A stretch of 64,000 nucleotides of DNA, taken from contig OY761159.2 in the NCBI GenBank assembly GCA_963664395.2, forward strand, positions 2,176,001-2,240,000, in the 5' to 3' direction. Below the pieces are notes generated by a model that was not told the origin of the DNA, searched no databases, and was given only the letters and a program-made list of their open reading frames with translations. Of the stretch, positions 41,514 through 54,474 are shown in pieces. The translations under genes and the position numbers were made by a program. The stretch comes from Candidatus Binatia bacterium (GTDB lineage: Bacteria; Desulfobacterota; Binatia; Bin18). The stretch's first letter is position 1. Every line of letters starts with the position of its first letter.

Positions 41514-41828
41514 TTGATTATGCTGGATAGAATACAAGCCCAAGCTCGTGCAAACATCGTCCGTGTGACGCAACACGCGCAACAAGAAATGGTTGAAGAA
41601 TCCATCTCGCTTGATGAAGTATTGGAGGCTATTTCTCAGGGGCACATCCTGGAAAACTATGCCCAGCATCGAAGAGGTGCGTGCTGTTTGCTCCATGGGT
41701 TCACCAAGGCGGGACGAGCTGTTCATGTTGTTTGCACGACGGCGCAACCGACTCTTGTCATCATTACAGTGTATGAGCCTAAATTGCCTAAATGGATCAC
41801 TCCAACCCAAAGGAGACGTACACCATGA
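41514..41828 (+). CDS. DUF4258-domain putative toxin
   Basis: TQHAQQEM, ILENY, GRAVHVVC, IITVYEP..W. Confidence 0.8.
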   Translation: MIMLDRIQAQARANIVRVTQHAQQEMVEESISLDEVLEAISQGHILENYAQHRRGACCLLHGFTKAGRAVHVVCTTAQPTLVIITVYEPKLPKWITPTQRRRTP

Positions 41829-42049
41829 AGTGTAGTATTGAGGGATGTCCGGGAGAATATGAACAGGGAACGGTCATGCACACCGTGCGTCACCATGGTC
41901 AGGTAACCGTCATTGACCACGTTCCGGCTGATGTATGTTCCGTATGTGGAGACGTGCTGCTGGAGCCGGACACTGTTCGCCGGATTGAAGCCTTGCTTCA
42001 AAAAAGGCAGAAACCGGCCAGTACGGTGCCCTTATACGAGTTCGCGTAA
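41825..42049 (+). CDS. YgiT-type zinc-finger protein (MqsA N-domain-like putative antitoxin)
   Basis: MKCSIEGC...HVPADVCSVCGD; ATGA coupling to the DUF4258 stop. Confidence 0.8.
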   Translation: MKCSIEGCPGEYEQGTVMHTVRHHGQVTVIDHVPADVCSVCGDVLLEPDTVRRIEALLQKRQKPASTVPLYEFA

Positions 42050-42079
42050 AGAGCCACCTTACAAGTGAACGAGGACGCT

Positions 42080-45000
42080 ATGACCAAACTTCCCTGGACT
42101 CCCTGGCACGAAGTGGTGACGCTGCGTGACGATGTGCGCACGGGCGAACTGTCGCTGGCCGACTTTGCCGCGGACCTGCACGACGTAATGATGCAGACCG
42201 GCACGCGGCCAATCTATGAGGACCCGGCGCGGTTTTTTGGCCTGACCTATCCGACGCTCTCGCTGCGCGACCTGGCAAAGGATGTGGTGCTGCGTCTTGC
42301 CGGGCAGAACACCAAAGCCATCCGGCAGCTTGAGCTGACCTACGGCGGCGGCAAGACGCATACGCTGGTGACGCTTCGCCACCTCGTACACGACCCTACA
42401 ACGCTCCCTTCGATTCCCACGGTCGAGCATTTCAAATCCCATATCGGGGTGCCCTTGCCGCGGGCGTGTGTGGTGGCGCTCAGCTTTGACAAGCTTGACG
42501 TAGAAAAGGGCATGCAGGTGCGTGGGCCGCAGGGGGAACTGCGCTGGCTCAAGCATCCGTGGAGCGTGCTTGCCTTCCAGATCGCGGGCGCAGACGGGCT
42601 GCGTGCCCTGCATGCCGACGGCAAAGCTGAGGAACGCGAGACGCCGCCCGCGGAACCATTGCTCGCTACCCTGCTGTCGCGACCGCAGGCTGACGGGCTT
42701 TCGACCCTGGTGCTGATCGACGAAGTGCTGATGTATGCCCGCGAGAAGGCTGCGATGGGTGAGGTGTGGCGCAGCCGTCTGATCGACTTTTTTCAATACC
42801 TGTGTCAGGCCGCAACCAAGGTTGACCGCTGCGCCCTGGTTGCCTCGCTGCTCGCCTCCGACCCGGAGAAGAGTGACCAGTTCGGCAAGGAGCTGAGCGC
42901 CCAGATATTTGAGATATTCAACCGGCAGCGTGAAGAAGGGGTGCAGCCGGTGCAGAAGGAGGACGTGGCTGAGGTGCTGCGCCGTCGGTTTTTTGAAACT
43001 GCGTCCATCACCGACCCGGAAGTCTTCCGTCCGCACGTCACGACCGCGGTGGCCAATATCGCCGAGCTTGAAGAGACGGTCCGTAAGGACCGAAAGAACG
43101 CGGAGGAACGATTTCTCCGTAGCTATCCCTTTCATCCTGACTTGACCGACATCTTTTATACCCGCTGGACGCAACTCAATGGCTTCCAGCGCACGCGCGG
43201 CATCCTCAGAACCTTTGCCATCGCGCTCCGTGACGCTGAGAAGTGGGACACCTCGGCCCTTATTGGGCCAAATGTGTTCCTGCCGGCTCCCGGAGAATCC
43301 GGTATTGCCGAAGCGGCCCGTGAGCTGACCGGTATTGCTACCCGTGAAGCGACCGAGGGAGCGGGCAACGACTGGAGCTCGGTTTTGGAAGGCGAGCTGG
43401 CAAAGGCGCGCACGATTCAGACCGAGCAGCCTGGGCTGAAGTTCCGAGAGGTGGAGCAGGCCGTAGGTGCGGTCTTCCTGAGTTCACAGCCCATAAATCA
43501 GAAGGCGCGCACGCCGGAGCTGTTTACGCTGACAGGCGCATCCCGCCCGGACCGCATCGAACTGGAGAAGGGCCTGCGGCGTTGGACGGAGCTGTCCTGG
43601 TTCCTTGACGAGGCCGAATTTGTGGCAGATGCCACTGACAACGGCCGGCCGCAAACCTTGCCGAAAGCCTGGCGTCTCGGCAACCGACCGAATCTGAAGC
43701 AGATGCATCACGACGCGTGCGCGAACCGGGTGACCGAAGAGTTGGTCGAACAGAGGCTCCTGGCGGACGTGCAGCATACGAAGAGCCTGACCCAGGGGGC
43801 TGCGCCGTCCGGCGTGCGCGTTCATACGCTGCCCGAGCAACCGCGCGACATTGGGAATGACGGCGATTTTCACTTTGCCATCCTCGGACCGAAGGCCGTA
43901 TCTGACTCGGGCAAGCCGAGTGCTGCGGCGCGCCGCTTCATCGACGAAACGACCGGGTCGGACCGGCCCCGCACGTATCGCAACGCGGTCGTGCTGGTTG
44001 CGCCGTCGCGCGACGGCCTTGAAGCGGTTCGCACCCGCATCCGCGAGTATCTCGGCTGGGAGGAAGTCCGCAGCCAACTCAGAGACCAGCCGCATGATCC
44101 TCTGCGTGAAGGGCGGCTGGCAGCGTGGACGGAAGAAGCGAGAAAACGGATTCCGGAGGCGATCCGTCAAGCCTGGTCTATCGTTGTGACGGTGAATGAG
44201 CAGAACGAGGTCCAGGCATTCAGAATCACGGTTGGCTCGGAGCCGCTGTTCTCGACCGTGAAAGCGGATAAACGCACGCGCATCCAGGACACTCCGGTCA
44301 GCGCCGAGGCCATGCTGCCGGGTGGCCCCTACGACCTGTGGCGCGAGGACGAACCGTCGCGGCGCGTCAAAGACTTGGTGACCGCATTTGCCGAGAACCC
44401 CAGGCTGCCGAAAATGCTCCGGCAGAAAGAGATTCTCGACACCATCAATCAGGGCGTGCAGGAGGGCCTCTTCGTCGCAGTGCTGACCCGTCCCGACAAG
44501 TCCCTCAAAACGTGGTGGCGCATGTCGGTTGACGAGACCGCTCGCAAGGACCCTGGGCTTGAATTATTCCTTCCCGAGAAAGCCGCCCTTTCCGAGCTCC
44601 AGCCGAATATTCTGATTCCCGGTGTTCTCCCGGAGTTGTGGACCGGCGAGTCCGTCTCCGTAGCCGATGTCGTGGCGTATTTCTCGGATGGCCGGACGAT
44701 CGCGGTACAACGCGAGGGGTACGAAGAGCCGGTCGGCATCCCGGCCTGTGCGCCAGCCGTGGTCGAGGGAGCAATAGCGGCTGCCGTTGGTCAAGGCGTT
44801 CTCTGGCTTGTGAACGGTCCGGCGAGTTTCCAGGCTGAGCCCCTTCCGACGGGCGTGTTGACTGCCGCCGCGCAATTGCGGGGACCGATGCCGCCGCTAC
44901 CGGTCGATAGCCTCACCCCTGAGGCATTGCCCGAGGCGTGGCAGGATGGACAAACGACGGCTCTGGCTCTGTCCATTGGTGTGTCTGCTCAGGGAGGACA

Positions 45001-45409
45001 ACCCGTACCGTGGATGGTTCTCCGTGACGGAATCGGCGGTGCGATCAAGGCAAGCTGGCTCGCACTCGCGCCGGGAAGCGGCTCTTGGCCGTGTGACGCC
45101 GCCGGGGCTTCTGCTGTAACGCTACGACAGCCCGAGACGCCGGCGGGCAGGAACGGCCCGCTGCCCGCCGGGCCGATGCAGATATCGGAAAGAACTGGAG
45201 TCTACACCTCTTCCGTGGAGCTGGACCCTTCCAATTTGCAGGATCTGATTGAGGTGCTGCCGGACATTATCAAAGCCGCGGCCGGCGTGCCGCTGCAATT
45301 CAAGCTGTCCGTCACCTTGGGAGACGGCCAGGAGGTCGGCTCCGACACGATCGAGTCTTTGAACACGCTGCTGGAGGAAGTGAGCGCGAATCTTCGCCTG
45401 AAGGCATAG
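42080..45409 (+). CDS. DUF499-family AAA+ ATPase
   Basis: PWHEVV.LRDD, FAADL, Walker A YGGGKTH, Walker B VLIDE, SYPFHP, FQRTRGILR; SD GAGGA. Confidence 0.88.
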   Translation: MTKLPWTPWHEVVTLRDDVRTGELSLADFAADLHDVMMQTGTRPIYEDPARFFGLTYPTLSLRDLAKDVVLRLAGQNTKAIRQLELTYGGGKTHTLVTLRHLVHDPTTLPSIPTVEHFKSHIGVPLPRACVVALSFDKLDVEKGMQVRGPQGELRWLKHPWSVLAFQIAGADGLRALHADGKAEERETPPAEPLLATLLSRPQADGLSTLVLIDEVLMYAREKAAMGEVWRSRLIDFFQYLCQAATKVDRCALVASLLASDPEKSDQFGKELSAQIFEIFNRQREEGVQPVQKEDVAEVLRRRFFETASITDPEVFRPHVTTAVANIAELEETVRKDRKNAEERFLRSYPFHPDLTDIFYTRWTQLNGFQRTRGILRTFAIALRDAEKWDTSALIGPNVFLPAPGESGIAEAARELTGIATREATEGAGNDWSSVLEGELAKARTIQTEQPGLKFREVEQAVGAVFLSSQPINQKARTPELFTLTGASRPDRIELEKGLRRWTELSWFLDEAEFVADATDNGRPQTLPKAWRLGNRPNLKQMHHDACANRVTEELVEQRLLADVQHTKSLTQGAAPSGVRVHTLPEQPRDIGNDGDFHFAILGPKAVSDSGKPSAAARRFIDETTGSDRPRTYRNAVVLVAPSRDGLEAVRTRIREYLGWEEVRSQLRDQPHDPLREGRLAAWTEEARKRIPEAIRQAWSIVVTVNEQNEVQAFRITVGSEPLFSTVKADKRTRIQDTPVSAEAMLPGGPYDLWREDEPSRRVKDLVTAFAENPRLPKMLRQKEILDTINQGVQEGLFVAVLTRPDKSLKTWWRMSVDETARKDPGLELFLPEKAALSELQPNILIPGVLPELWTGESVSVADVVAYFSDGRTIAVQREGYEEPVGIPACAPAVVEGAIAAAVGQGVLWLVNGPASFQAEPLPTGVLTAAAQLRGPMPPLPVDSLTPEALPEAWQDGQTTALALSIGVSAQGGQPVPWMVLRDGIGGAIKASWLALAPGSGSWPCDAAGASAVTLRQPETPAGRNGPLPAGPMQISERTGVYTSSVELDPSNLQDLIEVLPDIIKAAAGVPLQFKLSVTLGDGQEVGSDTIESLNTLLEEVSANLRLKA

Positions 45410-45516
45410 TCCCGCATACTGGATGAGCGTAGCGTATCCTATACGCCGCTGGATATTGCGCCGGACAAGAGTGCGGCATAAGACAGGAGGACCGCCAGTT
45501 GGACAGGAGACATACT

Positions 45517-46542
45517 ATGGCAGCCGACCGCGAAGCCTGGATCAAACTGACCTCAGAAGAAGCGCTCGACCCGGACCTCCCTATTTGTGACCCACATCAT
45601 CATCTGTGGGATTATCCCAGGAATCGCTATTTGCTGGAAGATCTGCTCCGGGACCTCGAGGGCGGGCATCGGGTGACCCAGACGGTCTTTGTTGAGTGTG
45701 TGTCCATGTACCGAAAAGACGGTCCCGAAGAGATGCAGCCGGTCGGAGAGACCGAATTTGTGCAAGGCGTCGCCGCCCAGAGTGCGAGTGGAAACTACGG
45801 GCCGACGGCGGTCGCCGCCGGGATCGTCAGCCTGGCCAACCTCTCTCTCGGCCCGGCGGTCGAACCCGTCCTCGAAGCGCATATGGCGGCCAGCCATAAC
45901 CGTTTTCGTGGGATTCGGCACGCTTCAAGCTGGCATGCGCATGAGAAAATCAGGAACGCGCATACGCACCCTTCGGAAGGCCTCCTGTCAGACGCGACGT
46001 TCAGACAGGGATTTGCCTGTTTACATAAGCTCGGTCTGAGCTTTGACGCCTGGATGTATCATACTCAGCTTGCCGACCTGGTTGATCTGGCTCACGCCTT
46101 TCCTGACGCAACGATCATCCTCGATCATGTTGGCGGGCCGCTGGGTGTTGGTCCGTACGCGGGCAAGCAGGACGAGGTCTTTCAAGAATGGAAGAAGAGG
46201 ATTGCCGATCTCTCACACTGTCAGAATGTGGTGATCAAACTTGGTGGCGTCACCATGCCGATGTGTGGCTTCGGCTGGCATCAGTGGGAAAAACCGCCGA
46301 CTTCGGAGGAAATTGCTCGGGTAACCGCCCCGTATTACCTCTTTTGTATTGAGCAGTTCGGCGTAGACCGGTGTATGTTCGAGAGCAACTTTCCGGTTGA
46401 TAAGGCTTCGTGCTCGTACACTGTGCTGTGGAATTCGTTTAAGCGTATCGCCCAAGACTTCTCACACGACGAACGTGTGGCGCTATTCCATGATACCGCC
46501 GCGCGGACCTATAAAATACAATCCGCAACACAGCTACCGTAG
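45517..46542 (+). CDS. Amidohydrolase-family protein (lactonase-like)
   Basis: DPHHHLWD, RGIRH, LDHVGGP, FESNFPVD. Confidence 0.88.
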   Translation: MAADREAWIKLTSEEALDPDLPICDPHHHLWDYPRNRYLLEDLLRDLEGGHRVTQTVFVECVSMYRKDGPEEMQPVGETEFVQGVAAQSASGNYGPTAVAAGIVSLANLSLGPAVEPVLEAHMAASHNRFRGIRHASSWHAHEKIRNAHTHPSEGLLSDATFRQGFACLHKLGLSFDAWMYHTQLADLVDLAHAFPDATIILDHVGGPLGVGPYAGKQDEVFQEWKKRIADLSHCQNVVIKLGGVTMPMCGFGWHQWEKPPTSEEIARVTAPYYLFCIEQFGVDRCMFESNFPVDKASCSYTVLWNSFKRIAQDFSHDERVALFHDTAARTYKIQSATQLP

Positions 46543-46559
46543 CTGCTCTTACGCCGCTT

Positions 46560-47348
46560 TCATATCTCGCCCGGCAGAGCTTGGTAAAAGCCATTGGTCT
46601 GGACCAGCTCGACCGGTGTGTCGAACAGGGCGCTGAGGTTCGCGTTGGTGAGAATATCTTCTTTCTCACCGTCTGCGATCACCTTGCCCTGTTTAAGGAG
46701 AACAACCCGCGAGATCTCCGGCGGGATTTCATGAATGTGGTGAGTGACCAAAGCAAGCGTCTTGCCGGCTTGCATGAGTTGCCGAATGGTCTCTATGTAT
46801 TGAAAACACGCACTGAGGTCGAGTCCGCTGGTTGGTTCGTCCAATACCAGGGTTTCAGGGTCGTTAATCAGCGCCCGGCCGAGAAGAAAGCGGCGCTGCT
46901 CACCCGTAGACATGGTCGCATAGGTTTTCTCTTGCAGCGCGCTGATCCCGAGCGTGTCCAGGACTTTTTGCGCGCGCGCGGTATCGTCGTCACTAAATGT
47001 GTGGTGCCAGGCGATGTCTATGCTTGAGTAGAAGCCTGATAAAATAATATTAAACCCACGGGCATTACCAACATACTGCTGCTGCAAATCGTGGGACACG
47101 ATGCCAAAGCGGGAGCGTAGTTCCCACACATCCCAACGCTCCTGCCCATATAAACGCACGTAACTATCTTCCTGGTAAACAGGATATAGATCGCGAGACA
47201 GGAGCTTGAGCAAGGTTGATTTACCCGCGCCATTGGGGCCAAGGATGACCGTGTTTTGACCCTTGGTGAGGTCGAGAGAGAAATTTTCGAACACGCAGGT
47301 TTGGCCACGATAGACGGTGGCATTTTTAATCTCGATAATTTTCTGCAT
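46560..47348 (-). CDS. ABC transporter ATP-binding protein (ModF-like)
   Basis: GPNGAGKS, MSTGE signature, LDEP, VTHH. Confidence 0.88.
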   Translation of the reverse strand: MQKIIEIKNATVYRGQTCVFENFSLDLTKGQNTVILGPNGAGKSTLLKLLSRDLYPVYQEDSYVRLYGQERWDVWELRSRFGIVSHDLQQQYVGNARGFNIILSGFYSSIDIAWHHTFSDDDTARAQKVLDTLGISALQEKTYATMSTGEQRRFLLGRALINDPETLVLDEPTSGLDLSACFQYIETIRQLMQAGKTLALVTHHIHEIPPEISRVVLLKQGKVIADGEKEDILTNANLSALFDTPVELVQTNGFYQALPGEI

Positions 47349-47360
47349 ACAGCCTTCCTT

Positions 47361-47693
47361 CTATTCGAGTCGTATCCAGAGACAGTCCGTCCCATCCAGA
47401 AACATATGAATGACAAGCCCCAGGGCGATCAGCCTCAACGGGTTCGACTGCCTCAAATTGGGGATCACGAGGAGGAACAGATAGACGGCAATGGCCGGGT
47501 AGGAGTGGAGAGGATGAAAGCCGATCCCACAGCGCTGCGGATCGTATATGGGATCGGCGAGAAGATGATCAATATCAACCACCATAGTGCTGACCATGAC
47601 CAGGAAGGCCCACCGCCACCGATCAAAATAGAATGTCCGCGCTACAAGCGCCGGAACAATGAAATGAAGAACCATATGAATCATTGGACGCAT
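47361..47693 (-). CDS. DUF6122-like small membrane protein
   Basis: HMVLH, VDIDHLLADPIYDPQRCGIGFHPLH, HMFLD. Confidence 0.7.
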   Translation of the reverse strand: MRPMIHMVLHFIVPALVARTFYFDRWRWAFLVMVSTMVVDIDHLLADPIYDPQRCGIGFHPLHSYPAIAVYLFLLVIPNLRQSNPLRLIALGLVIHMFLDGTDCLWIRLE

Positions 47694-47730
47694 GGGCGCT
47701 GAGAGGACTCATGTCTATGAGAAGAAAGAA

Positions 47731-48834
47731 CTAATGTTTCCCGAGCTTGAGATACGGACGGGGGGAATACGGCTCTCTGGCCCCTCGGGTCGCCAGGTCT
47801 TGGAGCAGGGCGTCGCCGAGGGCGAGGGCAAGCATGGCCTCAGCCATCGGCACGCCGCGAATGGCAACACAGGGGTCGTGTCTGCCCTTGGTGCTGATTG
47901 TCCTGGGCTGCAACTGCGTGTCTAGCGTCTGTTGCTCACGTGGTATCGAAGACGTCGGTTTCACCACGACGCGGGCCACAATAGGCGCGCCAGACGAAAT
48001 GCCGCCCAGAATACCGCCATGATTATTGCTGCGAAAGCCGTCAACGTCCATTTCGTCGTTCATCTGACTGCCGCGCATGGCCGCGGCGGCAAAACCGGCT
48101 CCAATCTCTACGCCCTTCACTGCGGGAAGAGACATCAGGGCGCTAACAATAGTGGAATCGAGCTTGCCAAAGACCGGCTCGCCAAGACCGGGCGGAACGC
48201 CCGTGGCGACCACTTCAATAATGCCGCCAACCGAATCGCGTTCTTTCCGGGCCTGTTCGACTTCCTCCCGCATGGCTTGCACAGTGTCCGGATCAACGCT
48301 GCGCAGCTCATTGTGCTCGACCTGTTCCCAGACATAGCGTTGTGCTCGGACGCTGCCAACTTGGACGACGCCGCCAACTATCGATATGCCGAATTGCGCC
48401 AGGAGCTGTTTTGCGAGAGCCCCGGCAATCACGCGGCCGACTGATTCGCGGGCTGATGCCCTCCCTCCGCCACGATAATCGCGATGGCCGTATTTTGCGA
48501 AATACGTAAAGTCTGCGTGTCCGGGACGAAAGAGGTCTTTGATATCCGCATAGTCTTTTGAGCGGGTGTCTTCGTTGAAGACCATGATCATCATGGGTGT
48601 CCCGGTGGTTTTGCCTTCATAGACGCCAGAGAAAATCTCGAACTGTTCTTTTTCCTGACGTTGTGTCACCAGTTTGGATTGGCCAGGCCGGCGCCGCTGA
48701 AGTTCGGTGTGAATACCGGCCTCGTCGATCTCGAAGTCAGCCGGAAAACCATCAATGACCACGCCGACTGCTCTGCCATGGCTCTCACCGAAGGTTGTGA
48801 CGCGTAAGATTGTGCCGAAAGTATTGCCTGTCAT
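47731..48834 (-). CDS. aroC: Chorismate synthase
   Basis: [39 protein letters not shown]. Confidence 0.96.
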   Translation of the reverse strand: MTGNTFGTILRVTTFGESHGRAVGVVIDGFPADFEIDEAGIHTELQRRRPGQSKLVTQRQEKEQFEIFSGVYEGKTTGTPMMIMVFNEDTRSKDYADIKDLFRPGHADFTYFAKYGHRDYRGGGRASARESVGRVIAGALAKQLLAQFGISIVGGVVQVGSVRAQRYVWEQVEHNELRSVDPDTVQAMREEVEQARKERDSVGGIIEVVATGVPPGLGEPVFGKLDSTIVSALMSLPAVKGVEIGAGFAAAAMRGSQMNDEMDVDGFRSNNHGGILGGISSGAPIVARVVVKPTSSIPREQQTLDTQLQPRTISTKGRHDPCVAIRGVPMAEAMLALALGDALLQDLATRGAREPYSPRPYLKLGKH

Positions 48835-48921
48835 CGGTTCACCGCAGGAGAGGCGATAGGCGGCGATTATTTTCTCACCGCCGCCTTCGTCAGGGGTGAT
48901 ACTACCACGTCTGCCTCAACG

Positions 48922-48946
48922 AAAAAGGGGCCGGTCCATCGGCCCC
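48922..48946 (-). terminator. Rho-independent terminator after atpC
   Basis: Minus strand GGGGCCG-6nt-CGGCCCC followed by TTTTT. Confidence 0.75.
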
Positions 48947-48984
48947 CCTGGAGAACGTACAATGTTTGAGTGAAGTTGAGCAGG

Positions 48985-49392
48985 TTAGTTGCGAGACGCA
49001 ACGTCCAAACGGACCTGAGCAAGACGGAGAGTATTCTGAGCGTCCTCAAAGCCGGCGTCGTCTGGCAAAAGGTTGCTGAGCGAGGCTTCAGCCTCGCGAA
49101 CCGCCTCTTGCGCTTGCGCCGCGTCGATTTCGTTTGCGTACGCGGCATCAGTACACAGGACAGTCATAAGGTTGTCCACCACTTCAGCGAATCCGTCACT
49201 CACAGCCAATGACTGGCTTTGTCCGCCCTGCTTATAGGACAAGCGCCCAGGCTGGAGCGAAGACAAGAATATGGCGTGATTTGGGAACACACCAAACTCA
49301 CCCACTGTGCCGGGAGCGGTGACTTCATCGACCTCCTCATCAAGGAGGAGACGCTCTGGGGTGACTAAACGCAGACGCAGGATATCAGCCAT
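48985..49392 (-). CDS. atpC: ATP synthase F1 epsilon subunit
   Basis: LVTPER, PGTVGEFGVFPNH, GFAEV. Confidence 0.95.
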   Translation of the reverse strand: MADILRLRLVTPERLLLDEEVDEVTAPGTVGEFGVFPNHAIFLSSLQPGRLSYKQGGQSQSLAVSDGFAEVVDNLMTVLCTDAAYANEIDAAQAQEAVREAEASLSNLLPDDAGFEDAQNTLRLAQVRLDVASRN

Positions 49393-49446
49393 AATGCTCG
49401 TTGAATGCTCGTGCGGGAAAAGGTCTTGTCCCCCTTCCCTTCTTGT

Positions 49447-51769
<2,323 letters not shown>

Positions 51770-51784
51770 ATGTCAGTCGTTCAG

Positions 51785-53293
51785 TTAGGCGGAAAAGCTC
51801 TCGTTGAATTCTTTTAGCGCAGTGTCCATACGTCCGGTGAGATCATCATCAAGGGCACCCTTGGTGATGATCTCAGAGTAGATGTCGGGGTGAGAATTTT
51901 CGATGAAGCGGACGAGCTCCGACTCATATTGGGGGATCGAAGGCTCCGGGATGTCATCCAGATAGCCATTGGTGCCGGCGTAGATCATGACGACTTGGCG
52001 CTCGACCGAAAGTGGCTGATACTGCCCCTGCTTGAGGATCTCGACTAAGCGCGTGCCGCGTGCCAGCATCCGTTGCGTGGTCACATCCAAGTCAGACCCG
52101 AATTGTGCAAATGCTGCCATTTCGCGGTACTGCGCCAGGTCAAGTCGCAGAGACCCTGCGACTTGTTTCATGGCTTTAATCTGGGCGTTCCCACCCACCC
52201 GGGAGACCGAGATACCAACGTTCACGGCTGGTCGTACACCGGAGAAGAATAGATCAGACTCTAAGAATATCTGCCCGTCAGTAATAGAAATAACGTTGGT
52301 TGGAATATAAGCGGAGACGTCTCCGGATTGTGTTTCAATGATGGGGAGGGCGGTTAACGATCCGCCCCCCTGGGCGTCGCTCATTTTTGCCGCGCGCTCT
52401 AACAACCGTGAATGGAGATAAAACACGTCGCCCGGAAAGGCTTCACGGCCTGGCGGGCGGCGCAGCAAGAGGGAAAGCTGGCGATAGGCGACGGCATGCT
52501 TTGATAAATCGTCATACACCACAAGGGCGTGCTGACCGTTATCACGAAAATATTCGCCGATAGCAGTCCCGGAGTATGGGGCAATAAACTGAAGCGGTGC
52601 GGCAGCAGAGGCTGCCGCGACAACAATGGTCGTATACTCCATTGCCCCGGCACGGGTCAGCCGTTCAACGACCTGAGCAATAGTCGATTGTTTTTGGCCA
52701 ATGGCGACGTAGATGCAGGAAACATCGCCACCTTTCTGGTTGATAATCGTGTCAATGACGATGGCGGTTTTGCCGGTCTGTCGGTCTCCAATAATAAGCT
52801 CGCGTTGTCCGCGGCCAATCGGGATCATGGAATCAATGGCCTTGATCCCTGTTTGCAAAGGTTCTGTCACTGGTTGGCGGAGAACGATGCCTGGGGCTTT
52901 GACTTCGACACGACGGGTTTCGTTCGTCTCAATCGGACCTTTGCCATCTATCGGTTGGCCCAAGGCGTTGACTACACGTCCCCGCATGGCAACGCCAACG
53001 GGGATCTCAGCAATACGTCCGGTTCGGCGGACCTCGTCGCCCTGTTTAATAGCCTGGACCTCACCAAAGACCGCAGCACCAACATTGTCCTCTTCGAGGT
53101 TCAGCGCGAGACCATACAGGTCACCTGGAAATTGGAGCAGTTCCCCCGAGGCGACCCGGTCGAGACCATGAATACGAGCGATACCATCTCCAGCCGAGAG
53201 TACGGTACCTGTCTCGCGTTGCTCAACCTGGTGGTCATAGCCTTGGATCTGTTGCTTGATGATTTCGCTGATCTCAGCGGCGCGTAGTTCCAT
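51785..53293 (-). CDS. atpA: ATP synthase F1 alpha subunit
   Basis: [27 protein letters not shown]. Confidence 0.98.
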   Translation of the reverse strand: MELRAAEISEIIKQQIQGYDHQVEQRETGTVLSAGDGIARIHGLDRVASGELLQFPGDLYGLALNLEEDNVGAAVFGEVQAIKQGDEVRRTGRIAEIPVGVAMRGRVVNALGQPIDGKGPIETNETRRVEVKAPGIVLRQPVTEPLQTGIKAIDSMIPIGRGQRELIIGDRQTGKTAIVIDTIINQKGGDVSCIYVAIGQKQSTIAQVVERLTRAGAMEYTTIVVAAASAAAPLQFIAPYSGTAIGEYFRDNGQHALVVYDDLSKHAVAYRQLSLLLRRPPGREAFPGDVFYLHSRLLERAAKMSDAQGGGSLTALPIIETQSGDVSAYIPTNVISITDGQIFLESDLFFSGVRPAVNVGISVSRVGGNAQIKAMKQVAGSLRLDLAQYREMAAFAQFGSDLDVTTQRMLARGTRLVEILKQGQYQPLSVERQVVMIYAGTNGYLDDIPEPSIPQYESELVRFIENSHPDIYSEIITKGALDDDLTGRMDTALKEFNESFSA

Positions 53294-53343
53294 TCGTCCC
53301 TCTCGCAGTAATTTTTATGCCAATTCTCTTGAAAATGAGTATC

Positions 53344-53886
53344 TTATCGCTGCTGTGCTAATTGATCGCCGAGCCGGGCGAGCTGTGTTTTGAGGCTGGC
53401 ATCATACACCCGACCTTCAACCTCAACGACGATGCCACCCAAGAGTGTCGCGTCTGTCTCAAAGGCCGGCTCGACCGTTTTTTGTGTGAGTTGGCTGAAC
53501 GTATGCGTAATCAGCTGCTTTTCCTCTTCTGCCAGATCGGCCGCTGAGCGAACCCGTGCGCGAACCCGACCAAGAGCCTTGTCAAGAAGTCGCTGATAGG
53601 CCGCGTTGATAGCGCCGACATCCCGGAGTCGATCATTGTCAGCAAGGACGTGGAGAAACTTCTCGACGGTATCATGTGGAGAGCCTTGGACCACAACCTG
53701 GGCCACTATGTCCTGGCGCACTTTGACCGGGAGCGCTGGAAGCGCGAGTATGTTCGCCAACTCCGGATCAGTAAAAAGCTCGGCAATCCGGCCGAGCTGA
53801 GTGCCGATCGTCTCTCCCTCTCCTTGCTCTTGCGCAAGACTCAGGAGGGCTTTGGCATACCGTTTAGCTGCCTGTGTTCCCGGCAC
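53344..53886 (-). CDS. atpH: ATP synthase F1 delta subunit
   Basis: AKRYAKAL, LLGG..V...VYDASL. Confidence 0.93.
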   Translation of the reverse strand: MPGTQAAKRYAKALLSLAQEQGEGETIGTQLGRIAELFTDPELANILALPALPVKVRQDIVAQVVVQGSPHDTVEKFLHVLADNDRLRDVGAINAAYQRLLDKALGRVRARVRSAADLAEEEKQLITHTFSQLTQKTVEPAFETDATLLGGIVVEVEGRVYDASLKTQLARLGDQLAQQR

Positions 53887-54472
53887 TCCTCACCTCTTGA
53901 ACCAGTTCTTGTACGAGGCGACTGCTATCACTTTTCGTGACATTCTTTTGGATCAGTGCTGTCGCGATCAGTACAGCCTGTGTGGCCACTTCTCGGCGCA
54001 GGAGCCGCCGCGCTTCCTCAACCTCACGTTGCGCGACGAGTTGCACCTCAGTTTGTGCCCGCTCTGCCATCTGTTGGGCCTCTTCCATCAGACGACGGTG
54101 TTCGCGTCCCGCTGCCGCAACCGCGTGATTGCGTAACTGCTCTTCCTCTGCTGCGAGGTTGGCCAGCTTTTCATCATATTCTTGGCGTAGCTTATTTGCT
54201 TCTTCCTTGGCATTCTTGGCTTCCTCAAGCGCTTGTACGACAGTCTCGCGCCGCTCTTTGAGCTTTTGTCGAATGAGGTCCAGGGTAAACTTCCGGATGA
54301 CAAAAACAAAAATGAGAAAATTAATGGTAAAAAAGCCTAAGGTGAGGAGCGGGGAGCCGCCCCCATGCTCCCCAGGTGCGTTACCAGCCGCCCATACCAG
54401 CTCGGAACAGGTAGGGAAGAGAAGAAGGCTGCTGAGGGCGACGCCCACGAGAGGGAGGATCGGTTTCACCAT
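53864..54472 (-). CDS. atpF: ATP synthase F0 subunit b
   Basis: INFLIF TM segment followed by a long coiled coil; operon position. Confidence 0.88.
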   Translation of the reverse strand: MVKPILPLVGVALSSLLLFPTCSELVWAAGNAPGEHGGGSPLLTLGFFTINFLIFVFVIRKFTLDLIRQKLKERRETVVQALEEAKNAKEEANKLRQEYDEKLANLAAEEEQLRNHAVAAAGREHRRLMEEAQQMAERAQTEVQLVAQREVEEARRLLRREVATQAVLIATALIQKNVTKSDSSRLVQELVQEVRSAGNTGS

Positions 54473-54474
54473 AA

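Noticed and set aside
42059-43174. Long antisense ORFs (also 34254-35093, 27588-28415, 28955-29731, 52529-53287)
   Set aside because: These are shadow frames opposite well-supported GC-rich genes and carry no recognisable motifs.
32400-45500. Defence island as an intact ICE, prophage or transposon
   Set aside because: I saw no integrase, transposase or phage genes, and no terminal direct repeats at either boundary.
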